Notes under the pieces: generated by a model | The model's input: only the letters and a program-made list of their open reading frames with translations | Told to the model about the DNA's origin: nothing | Database searches by the model: none | Made by a program: the position numbers and the translations under genes | Part shown: positions 49,865 to 60,631 of the stretch, one piece after another | Layout: each line of letters starts with the position of its first letter | Position numbering within the stretch: position 1 is the first letter of the stretch | Origin: Moniliella sp. 'wahieum' | Lineage: Eukaryota | Assembly: GCA_003971905.1 (NCBI GenBank) | Contig: RSEE01000004.1 | Location: forward strand, 372,001-436,000 | Reading direction: 5' to 3' | Length of the DNA stretch: 64,000 nucleotides

Positions 49865-51366
49865 TCAAGGCCCAACCACCCATCAGCCCGCAGTTGGCTA
49901 ACCTCCTCCGGCGAATAGCCAGCCTCAGCCAACACTCGTCCGAGTGTTGCCCCAGCACAGGCGGAGCGCGGGTCGTTGGCATCTTTCCTTCTCCATACGC
50001 GACCGCAGGCGAGGCCAGCTTAATCCATCCAGCACGAGGGTGGAAGACACGGCGCACCACTCCCCGGGCCAAGGCTTGCGGGTGGTGGAAGGTGCCCTCA
50101 ATTGTACGGATCGGCGCAGCCGGCACAGTGTCTTTGCGGAGCTGGACCAGCCATTCTCTCGGAGGACGGGTGGTCAAGCGTTCCGTAATGAGCGGGATGA
50201 GCTCGGCACGGTGTTTGACCCGAGCTGCATTGGTCGCAAATTTGGGGTCTTCTCCCCACTCGGGCCGGCCCAGGATGCGAGCCAGACGTCGAAACATCGC
50301 ATCATTGCCCGCGCCAATCATTAAACTCACATCGGCGGTGGGGAACGTTTCGTACGGCACGATGGAAGGATGGGCAGTGCCATGTCGGCTAGCCTCTTGC
50401 CCGGCAATCAGATAATTGCTCCCAATGTTGGCAAGGGATGCAACTTGGGACTCAAAGAGCGACGCATCGATGTGTACCCCTTACCAGTCTTACTTCTCCC
50501 AATCAAGGCGGCCATGACAGCACCGTGGATGTAAGCCCCGTCGTCAGATCGGTCAAAGCGACACCCACTTTGACAGGGGGACGGTCTTTCTCTCCCGTGC
50601 TAGAAACATCCGAATCCGGTCAATAAACGAAACGCACCAAACACAACGGAGAAGAGAGCGTACATGTGGAACAGGCCAGCGTCAGCGGCCACAATCACGT
50701 CGTAGCCCGCATCCTGGGCATACGGCCCGCTCTGGCCATAGCCCGAAATAGAGGCGAAAATGATAGAGGGATTCCACTTTTTCATTTGCTCGTACCCCAA
50801 ACCCAGTTGGCTCAACTTGCCCGGTATGTAATTCTCAAAACCACATCGGCTTGACGGACCAGGCGCTCAATCACCTTACGGCCTGCGGGGGACTTGAAGT
50901 CAAGCGTCAAGCTACGCTTACCCCGATTGGCGGCAAGAAAGTAGGCCGACTCGGGGGGCAGAGTGGACCAGTACTTTGCCTTGTCGGCAGGCGGTGCCGG
51001 GACGTCCTTGGGGTCGGGCAGAGCAAAAGGTGGACCCCAGGCTCGGGTGTCGTCCCCTCCACGAGGGTTCTCCACCTTGACCACGTCCGCACCCAGGTCG
51101 GCAAGGAGCATAGTTGAGTACGGGCCGGCTAGCACACGACTCAGATCCAGTACCTTGATGCCCTCGAGAGGCGGAGGGATGGCGGGCGCAGGAAGGGTGG
51201 CCCATGGGAAGGCGGGCGCTTGCGGCGCTTGTGCTTCAGCCTGAAGGGGGAAGGGAGGTGCGGCAGCCTGATGCTGCAGACGGACCAAAGACTGGGTGGG
51301 AAGGCGGCAGGTGCCTTGGATGCGCAGGCGGGGATGGAGTACGCGGAGAATACTGGGCACGGACAT
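49865..51366 (-). CDS. Family III (CaiB/BaiF) CoA-transferase, SUGCT-like, probably mitochondrial
   Basis: [93 protein letters not shown]. Intron 50663-50600. Confidence 0.93.
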
Positions 51367-51968
51367 GGTGGTGGGTGGGTGGGGATGGGGGAGAGGTGGG
51401 GTGACCAGTGGGGTGAGAGGCGGGACTGGGAAGAAATTGCTGGGGTAATCGGTAAAATCATGGGCGCCGTGCCGACTCGGAGTTACGCGCGTTACGCGTT
51501 ACGGGTGGTCCTGCTTGGATTGCAGTCCATGGGGGCGTCGCAGGCTGCAATGTTCACCTGCTCACGTGACACTGCCGTAAGAACAGGCGATCGCGCCGAC
51601 CGGCGTCGGAGTGACATGTGACATGTGACGCGTGCTATGTCAGCGTGATGTGGCATGTTACATGTCACATGTCACACAAGTGTCAGCAGCTGAATCAGAC
51701 GCGGATACTGGCGCTGTGCTGCGCTGCGCTGCTCGCAGCTCCTGTGTCTGGGATCTGGGCCAGCTTCGGGGCACATGCAGGCACCCGGCGGGTAGGCGGG
51801 CTCCAATATAAACCAGGCCTGGCTGATAAGCGCTCGCTTTTAAGCACCCAGTCGCTTATCGCTCGCGTGGGCTCCGCAGCCGGCACAGCAAGGGAACAGG
51901 CAGCAGACAAACTCATCCCCCTTTTCCCTCGCACGCTGCTCACCATCCCCAACACCACCACCCATCTC

Positions 51969-54452
51969 ATGCAGCATCCACTTCTCCTCGGCCTGCTGCT
52001 CTTCCTGCTCCAGACACTGCTCATCCCGCTCCGGCTCAGCCCCTCCGCCTGGACCGCCGTCGCCCTCGTCTTCTCTCCCTACCTGCCCTCCGAGCAGGCC
52101 GAGGACGACAAGGACGACGGCATCCCCCAGTCGCCATCAGGCCAAAGGGTAGTGTCCAAGCCGCATGTGTTGCCCATTGCGGTTCCTCAGCTGCGGAGCC
52201 TAATTGCCACCTACTGCCCCTCCCTCGGCCCACGGTCGCACTACCGCCCCACGCCGTTCCTTGCCTCAGGCCATCTTCAGACCATCTGGAGTGCCAAGAT
52301 CAAACCCATCGCCCCCGACGCGGTACTGTACAAGCGCCGCATTCTCTTGCTTCCCGACGGTGGCACCCTCTCCCTCGACTTTAGCCCGCCTTCCCTTGCC
52401 GAAGATGATGCCAACAGTACGATACCCACCGTGGTCTGTCTTCATGGTCTGACTGGTGGCAGTGGCGAGACGTATGTTCGTAACGCCGTCAAGCAGATCT
52501 CCTCCCCTGTCACAGAGGGTGGTCTTGGTTACCGCACGGTCGTGGTCAACTTTCGCGGCTGTACGTCTGTTCTCCCCGATTGCGCTTCATATTGCCGCTC
52601 TTGACATACAACCGACTAACCTCCCGCATATATATCTCTGTTAGGTGGCCATACACCCGTTACATCGCCCCAACTCTACAGTGCCAGCAAAACTTCCGAC
52701 CTGCGCTGCGCTCTTTTGTTTCTCACCAGCATCTTTGCGCGCTCCGCATTTGCTGGTATCGGCTTCAGTCTGGGTGCCAATATCCTTGCCAAGTACCTCG
52801 GCGAGCAAGGTGAGGACACACCCTCCGTGGAGCCTTGATTCTAGGCAACCCTTTGACCTCTCCCTTGGATTTGACCTGTGCGAAAACAACCGGCCTGGTT
52901 CCTCCCGCTTTAGGATGGGACTCACTACCGAGTTATATACCCGCACCCTGGCCTCTAACTTGGGCCGTGTTGTGATGCGCAATGCGGATGTGCTGAGCTT
53001 AGACCCACAAGTTGCCAAGGCCATCGCTAAGCTTCTTCCGCGTCAATTGCCCGTCATAGCCCCCTCTGGGGCTCTTGACATGCCCAAGAGCAAATCCCTG
53101 CCTAGCACATCCTTTGCAGCGGACAGCCGAGCGAGACAGGCGTGGAACCGATTGGCTCGTGGAGGCGCCCGTATTCGCAAATCGTCTAAGCCTACCGAGT
53201 CGACCTTCCGTAGCATCCCACCCTCCCATCCACGTACCATGCGCTTTATTGATGAAACAAGCACTGCGATCCTCGGTGGCCATCACAAACCCTATGGAGA
53301 ATTTCCCTTTGCCTGTGCCGAGGACTATTATGCCGCTGGCTCCTCTGCCCGAGTTATCCATGGGGTGCGTCGACCGCTGCTGAGCATCCATTCGCGCGAT
53401 GACCCCGTGGTTCCTTTTGCTCTTGTTGACCGCGTTAAGCTCGCCATGGGACTCGACTTGGGTCCCAACCCTGTCCCTGGAACCGAGTGAACCCCAACTT
53501 GGTCTTGGCCAGCACGCTTCTGGGGGGCACATGGGTTGGTGGAGTGGATGGTGGCCGCGCCGCTGGATCGGCCAGCCAATCAAAGAGTTTATTCATCTGC
53601 TCCTCGCTGCACCTGAGTGCGCTCACCTGACGGATCTGCGTACCTATGCCTCCCCCACCACGGTGCACTCGGAGCCCGTGACGATTGATATTTTACCCCT
53701 CGATGCCCTCAAGCCCCTTTCGGACAACAACCATACAAACCCGCCCCCCCAGCAGCTCAATACCCACCCCTATACACCTACCCCTATCGCTGCGGCCCAT
53801 GTGCACCCACCCTGCACTCGCTGGACCGCGCGCCTGTGCCCCCCCTCGTCCGCAGCCGCTCCTTCAAGCGGCGGTCGCTACGGGATGAGGAGGATGTGTC
53901 CTCGCTCCTGCCGCATGGCACCGAGAGCCACAGCTGCCGTTCAGAGCAAGGCGCAGACCGTTTACACGCGCTGCCTATGACGCGGCCGCAGCAGAGAAGG
54001 CGCCGCTGAGCGCGGCGACCGAAGCACGCGTGCTGGCCAATGTGGGCGCGGCAATGCAGAGAATGCCGAGGTAGGTATCTCCCCGCCTCCCTCGACGCCC
54101 TTGGTGGGCGAGGGCGTGAGTTTGCTCGATGCGCCCGACGCAGGAGCCGACCACTTGGCCTGGCTCACGACCAAGGTACTCGAACACGTGCCGCTCATTC
54201 ACCCGTTCCACCATGCTTGGTATACCGACCCGCTTCATGGCAAGGAGCGGAGGCAGGAAATGCTGGATCGGGGGTCGCGCTTAACCTTGACCATGCACCG
54301 TGACCCGTCGGCCTGAGGTGGGGTTCACAGAGATCCCGCCCCATACCCGGGTGGCCGGGGCAGGGGATACCTTCCTAGGTGGCTGGGACGCTCCGGGACG
54401 TAAGGTGCCCGGGCGCAAAACGTATATGGTTGACGTGGTGGCGGGGCTGTAG
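51969..54452 (+). CDS. Alpha/beta hydrolase, EHT1/EEB1/ABHD1-3 family (acyl-CoA:alcohol acyltransferase/esterase)
   Basis: SGHLQTIW, DGGTLSLDF, LHGLTGGSGETYVR, VVNFRGC|G (intron 52561-52644), nucleophile GFSLGANIL (~52761), HSRDDPVV (Asp), GGHMGW (His). Confidence 0.9.
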
Positions 54453-54863
54453 GCGGTCGTCGTCGTCGTCGGCTCCGTATCCACCTCCATCGTCTTCTTT
54501 TTTCGTTCCATATTCAAAGAAAAGTATTCTTAAGCTTATGTGGGTAACCCCCATGTTGGATACCAGCTGACAGGCACCACACTGCTCAGGATCGGACCAC
54601 AATGATGGTTGATTGATACACACTCAGTGTGGTCTGACCTACTTGGTGGTCTACTGACTTACTAAGTTCTTTGTTTAAGTCCTTTCTCTTCTCTTCCCTA
54701 CTTCGCATACGTGTAGGATGGCCCCGCTCGTGTGGTACAATGATATTCACTGCCACTTCCACCCCACTTTGCTTTGCCTACTAGTAGACTCCGCTACCTT
54801 CAATATATATGCACATGCCCCCACCTGAATAGAGGTTGGTCCGATTGCCCTCTCTGGAAATCA

Positions 54864-56537
54864 TTAAAATGTCCAGACTAGCGAGAGGTCAATGGGGTGC
54901 GACGAAGAAAGCTGAGCAGAAGGTCAATTCATAATCAGACGACACCGGAAACAAGCCCAGAATGATATTGGGAAAGAAGACGCACCTGTGGCTTTTGCGA
55001 ATACTTGGCCACCAACTCATCTCGCACCGCATTCAATAGACCTTGGTAGGTGATACGGGGGTATTTGTTCATCACGGTGATAAAAGCCCAAGAACAAGCC
55101 CCGACTGCTTTCTGAGCTTCGAACGCGTCTGCCGGTTTGCGAGTCTTTGCATCCGGAGAGCATCACCACGTCTGCCCCCGAGGAACGAGTTCGCTTGGTA
55201 ATCTCCGCAGCCGAGTTTCTGTTCTTGGCGGCGATCAGGGTGGTAACCAATCCCCTGACCACCTGGGCCAGGTCACCCCGGGCATAATCTAGCGCGGCCC
55301 CAGCACGCCCTGGCCAATGCCTTGAAGAATGTGGGGATCTTTGATCTTGCCACTGGGCAGAGTAGACGTAGGGCAGGTCCAGGGCCGTGCCGAGTGGCAT
55401 GAGTCAAATATCGCAGTCAATCGACATCCCACGGGCAGTCGACGGACATAATGGCATGCATCTCATCATCTTCAATTTGTCCAGCGTGTTCGTAGTCGAG
55501 CGGAATCACCGTCTCGTTCATCCGTCTGATCAGAGGAAGAGAGAATACGGCACACACAAATGTACAATCAGAATCAAGAACCAGCAGGAAAAAGCAAAGG
55601 CGCGATCGGTAAGACTCATAGAATCGAGGCACGAGTAAACGTACCGTCTTCATCCCCATCGTGCGAGGGTGCTTGCCCTCCATGCCCGAGTAGTGAAAGA
55701 AGAGGGCATCGCCTTGTTGGCGCCTGATACCAACCAGTGCATCCCTGCCGTCATGTTAGCACGGGTGGGCAGGGTACGAGGATTGCGGTCGCGGTCGGTG
55801 AGGATGACAATGTCCTCTTTTTTGTAGTTGCCACGACAGGTAAGGAAGGTGAGGATGTGTCCACATCGTTCCAGCATCCCTTGAGCGCTACTTGGTGCCA
55901 ACATAATTGATCCCAATCAGGAGAGCCTTGCGCTTGCCCGTCATGCTGGAATACTCGTATGGATCCCATGGTCCATCTTTGCCCTCTAGGGCGATCAAAG
56001 CGAACAGGCAGTGTTGGTACGCCTCAGGGCCAATGGATCCTGCTCTGCATGGCCCCAAACCCACGTGAGAGGGCTGACAGTAGGTGCGGCGGCTGCATGT
56101 GGAGGTACGTGCTGGTGGGGCGGAGAATGAAGTAAATGGGATGATGATGACCCGTGTTGGGAAAACAGGCCCAACCAGGGGACTGCTGCCTCCTTGATGG
56201 CCCGCAGTTCCGTTAGGATCCGTTCCCATCAGGTTGGGACAGGGGGCATAGGAGGAGCGGCTGGAAAGTTAATCGGACCGCCAGGGAAGGGAACATGTTG
56301 CAGTGTGGGCGGGCTGTGAGGGCTCAAGTTGAGCTGCGAGCGGAGGGGAATTGCCCCAAAGCTGGAGTGATCAAGTCCACATCAGTGTTAGTAAGGTTGA
56401 GGGGAGGCATGGGGATGGTTCTGTCGCCAGAAGAGCGTTTGCGGTGATGTGAACATACCCACCAGAAAATCGCGCCTGGTTCTCTTTGATGCGTCCTGGT
56501 GCTCCTTGATACGGTCCTGAATGGCCGTCGATCGCAT
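54864..56537 (-). CDS. MCA1: Type I metacaspase with Pro-rich prodomain
   Basis: GKRKALLIGINY, LKGCWND, PTRANM, FFHYSGHG (His), IFDSCHSGTALDLPY (Cys), DVVMLSGCKDSQT, YSQKPQ|LSSSHPID. Introns near 56458-56362, 55644-55527 and ~54985-54911. Start inferred. Confidence 0.92.
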
Positions 56538-57469
56538 ACTGTGCAAAGAGATACAGAGGAGGGGAGGAGAAGGGTGGTGGTAGGGAGATGAACGGGGAAG
56601 CTTCTGGTGGGGGAGAAGAGAAATGAATGTCTTTGCACTTCTATTTGCTGACTATGAGCTGCTTTGGCAGGGCAGCAGTGGCGCAGATGGCACGGGTCAG
56701 CGTTCGCGCAGTGTGTGGGGTCGGCATCAGGGGCAAAGAGCGACTGCTGCGCCAGGCTAAAATCGGCGTCTCGCGCCAAGAACTAGCGACTCATCCATCG
56801 ATCATCACCTGACATGCACCATCACCGCCGTCGTCGACGCTGCCGCAGCAGCTCAAGACGGGGCGGTGCCCAGGTCTACCAGCTAGTCTACCTTTTTGCA
56901 TCTCTCTGAGCTGACCAATCCGTTTCCCACTTGTGTGTCTCAAGCAACTCGTCCCGAGGAACGTTAACGATGAGAGGGTGAGTGCGGGAAATTTGTTGGT
57001 ATGCGCGGCAGCAGAGAGCGAGATCCCCGATGGGGTTTCCAGCACTAAGAACGGGGCGCCTATTTGGGGGGTGAAAGGGGACACACCTCTCTTGCTCCAT
57101 AGTCCGCCCCTGACTCTTGTGTATTCTTCATCCAGCCCGTGCAGCGCTCAAAGGAGCGTTCCCCGCTGATGACCTGAACCCAGCACCCACCCTTCCTTAT
57201 TGTACTTGGCCTCCCCCACAGGGCACTCTCTGCTCCGGAGGGCATCGCGGTCGGATTGAATAAAAAACAATCATATTGATTCAAGCGACCAAGGACATGT
57301 CAATGGGGCATGGTGCATCGGCATCATGCCAGAGTGGCCTAGGAAGCCTCGGTCGACAGTGACAGTGACGATGACAGTGACAGTGGCAGTAGGGGCGGCT
57401 GTGTCGATGACCAAAGGGGTGGTGGGCGGTGATGCGGGGTTGAAGCGAGAGTGCTGACGAGCGTGAAGG

Positions 57470-58764
57470 CTACAACAGAGTAAAGTGCTGTACCGAGCCG
57501 CATATCGAGATCAATGCGCAGCACATGCTGAGGCGGGGCATGGGCGATTGCCTCCATCGTGGTCCGCATTGCTCATCTGCATCCTCCGGCAGCTTCAACC
57601 CCTCCAACCTCTCCGGGTCCCGGCCTGCCCATGAGCCAGGCAAGTTGGGCCCGAGCATCGTTGCTCTTGCCAGCGGTGCAATTTGCCCCGTCGACGCCCA
57701 CATCTCGTATGCGGGCATGTAGCGCGCGACAAAGGTTTCGATCTCTTGGTCACTCATCCCCTGGCCCAACTCGGCTTGCATCTTATGTTCCGCTTCCAAG
57801 CGCCATTGGAACGCATACTCCCACATGGGGGTTTGCGCTTGGCGAAAGTCGCCTGCCTGCGCCGCAGCCCGAAAGCCCTTGACGGGCCACAGTTGGATCA
57901 TGGCATCCACATACCGCACCAGTGCTTGGCGTATTGCTCCACCTTGGTTTCAATGTCCTCCAGGTCAGACCTTCTGTGGTTGGACAGGTAACGGGATTGG
58001 CTCTCATCCTGCAGCAGCCATTGTACCGCTTGATCACCCCGTCCACACCCAGCGGAGCAAAGCCAAGACACCAGCCTTCAATCAGGAACACGTCCAACTC
58101 TCGTGGGTTGGTCACCACACCGACCTCGGTCGAACGGTCGCCTTGGCCACCTTGGGCCGACTTGTCGTACACTGGCAAGTGCGCCACCTCGGCCGTTTGC
58201 GGATAGTGCGGGTACTCACGCAGGCCAGGCGGCGGGTCCACTCCACGCATAGGCCAAGATCCGCTCCCCCAGGTCGACGTGTGCGTGCCGGGCATGCCGC
58301 GGCATCGTACGCGGGTTGTGCGGGTGACTCGCACGTACCGCCGCGAGTTCTGGGAGGGAGGTAGAGGTCATCAATACTGAGAAGGCGCGCGGAGTCGGTA
58401 CCCGCCCGAACTCAAACTTGTGGCGGGGGCGGACTAGGGTGCTTTTTGAGAAGCGAGGACAGGGGGCAAGAAAACGAACGCAAAAAGAGAGAGAGAAAAA
58501 GAGAAAAGGAAAGGTCAGAGGAAAGGATGGAGCAGGAATCGATGGTGACGCAGTCCACACCACTACCTTGGGGGCCCTGGACACCAACGATGGGTGGGGC
58601 GGGCACCAGCGGGGCGGAGGGCGAGTTGGGGAAAGAACAAAGTTGCGGCACAGCTGCCAGGTCGCGACGGGCCCATGTGGGACGGTCGCGGGAGAGACGG
58701 GCCTGGCCGTCGCGCCAAGCAAGGGAGGGGGGCGCAGCAGTGGATCGCGTCGCGGACGGGCCAT
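57470..58764 (-). CDS. TDA10: P-loop kinase, Tda10/YGR205W (glycerate/uridine kinase-like) family
   Basis: IVGVQGPQGSG|KST Walker A, FSIDDLYL, RGMPGTHD, LPVYDKSAQGGQGDR, FLIEGWCLGF, QWRLEAEH, GMSDQEIETFVARYMPAY. Confidence 0.88.
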
Positions 58765-58769
58765 GGATT

Positions 58770-58960
58770 GTTGGGAGCAGGGAGCAGGGAGCAGGGAGCG
58801 GCGGCACAGGGGCGTGAGGAGCAGCGTGCGCAGCAGCGACGCGGGGAGGGGCGGGGGGGGGGGGGGAGGAGCGGCGCGGCGGGTGGGGGGCAGGAGTGGG
58901 GGGCGCGGTGGGGGCGGTGGGGTGGGGCGGCGGGGGCGGGGGGAGGGGGGAGACGTGGCC
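58770..58960. repeat. GGGAGCA tandem repeat plus G-run tract upstream of TDA10
   Basis: GGGAGCA x3-4 at 58773-58800 followed by multiple long G-runs. Confidence 0.8.
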
Positions 58961-59812
58961 GGGTGACTGGTGGTGTTTGGGGGCGCGCTCGAGTGGAAAT
59001 TCCACTGGGGCGGACTGGCGGCCGTTCGCCTGGACGGCGCTCGGCGGGGCGAGCAGGGGGCCGCACAGGGCCGCACACAGCCGCCGCTGCGCCCGCCGTC
59101 GCCCACCGCGCGCTGCCCCCTGCTGCGACGGCTGCGCGACAGTGCCCCCGCAGCACGCGGGCCACGTGTGCTGAGGAATCTGCGCCCACTGCTCCGTCAG
59201 GCGACCGGGAGGCCCAGGCGGCTTTTGCGGCCGCAGCCATCGCAGTCGATAGGCCTCACCTCAGGCCTCGACGCCTACGGCCTGATCTGACCGCAGGTGG
59301 GCGCATCCATCGGTCTGTCTTGCCTCTCTTGCCATCCAGCCAGCCTCCTGGGCGACGCTTGCAGCTTGATCGAGATGGCCGATTGCCTGGACATGGCCCT
59401 TGGCAGCGACGATTCAATATTATCAGCGGCCAGGCATTCAGCCTGACAACCGGCCTGAATCAATCCGGCCGGCGTTGGATGTTGGAGGCCAGTTGAAATT
59501 GCAGGCCCTCGCAGCACAGGCACGCAGTGCTCGCGAATAACATGCGAACGTGGTCCTCGAGGTCCCGGTCATCGATATTCGATCATCTTTGATGGGAACG
59601 ATACTACGGTAACTCAGTACTCGAGCACCGAGTAACTGAGTACCGAGTGTACTCAGTACTCGACCGAGTCAGTACACGCATTGCAGTGCTGACCGTTTCA
59701 CATTTCACCTGTTTGCAAGGTAGAATTTGGATCCGCCCTAGGCTGTGATTTGCATGTGATTCATGGCAGCAGATTACATGCGCGTCTGCTCCTCATCGCC
59801 AGTTTTCGACAC

Positions 59813-60354
59813 ATGGCGCGTGCCGAGGCGGACCCTCCATCCCCGTTACCATCAGTTTCGTGCTAAACGGGGGTGAGGTCGGTTGCCTCGTCGGCGCTAG
59901 CCCCAAAGATTGGTCCGCTGGGTCTGATGCGTAGCGCAGGGCAGGTGTTCTTTTCGCAGCCGTCGGATACCTGACCGGCCCCCACTCTCCCCTACAGTCC
60001 CAAAGAAGATTGGTGAGGACGTTGCTGTAGGCTACGGTCGAGTGGAAATGTCGGCATGTGACGGCCAAGTTGGTGGTGCAGAACCGCCAGGCAGCCGTGT
60101 CAGTGGTGCCATCGGCTTCGGGTTGGTTCATCCGCGCGCTGAAGGAGCCCTCCCGTGACCGCAAGAAGGAAAAGGAGATCAAGCACGGCGGCAACATCCC
60201 TTTGACAAAATTGTGGAGATGCGCACCATGCGCCCGCGCTCGTTTGTGAGGAGATTTGGGTACAGTCAGTCGATTGGCTGCCGCGTAGACCATCGCCTCC
60301 CCATGACATTATTGGCGCATCAATGAGGGTGAGATTGAGGTTCCCCAAGAGTAA
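59813..60354 (+). pseudogene. RPL12: Degenerate copy of 60S ribosomal protein L12 (uL11)
   Basis: GGEVG-SSALAPKIGPLGL|SPKKIGED, QNRQAAVSVVPSAS, ALKEPSRDRKKEK, KHGGNI, QSIGCRVD..PHDII..INEGEIEVPQE*. Intron 59927-59997 starts ATGCGT instead of GT; ~7 codons missing; several radical substitutions. Family certain, pseudogene status probable. Confidence 0.7.
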
Positions 60355-60631
60355 ACCCTGCACCTGCACTGGTGGCTGGCCCTCTTTTTCATCTCCATTG
60401 TACCATGTTGTTCCTTCTCTTTCCCTCCCACTTGCAATCCCGCTGCCTGGCCACCTCCGCCAGCCGTTAGGCCGAGGCAGGGGCAGAAATGTGTGGATTC
60501 ATCATCGCATCGGCCTAGCCCAGCTGACTGGCACCTATAAATGCGGGCCGCCTCCTTTCCACATTGCATCCTGAATCTGCACACCTACCCTGACGTGATA
60601 GAACGCAACTTGACCATGACTGCATTGCGCA

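Noticed and set aside
55885..55895. In-frame TAG in metacaspase (GTK*) as readthrough or recoding
   Set aside because: The downstream ALKGC is in another frame, so a single missing base explains it.
57355..57390. GACAGT repeat (and GGGTGY repeats at 6220-6250)
   Set aside because: Ordinary microsatellite-like UTR sequence.
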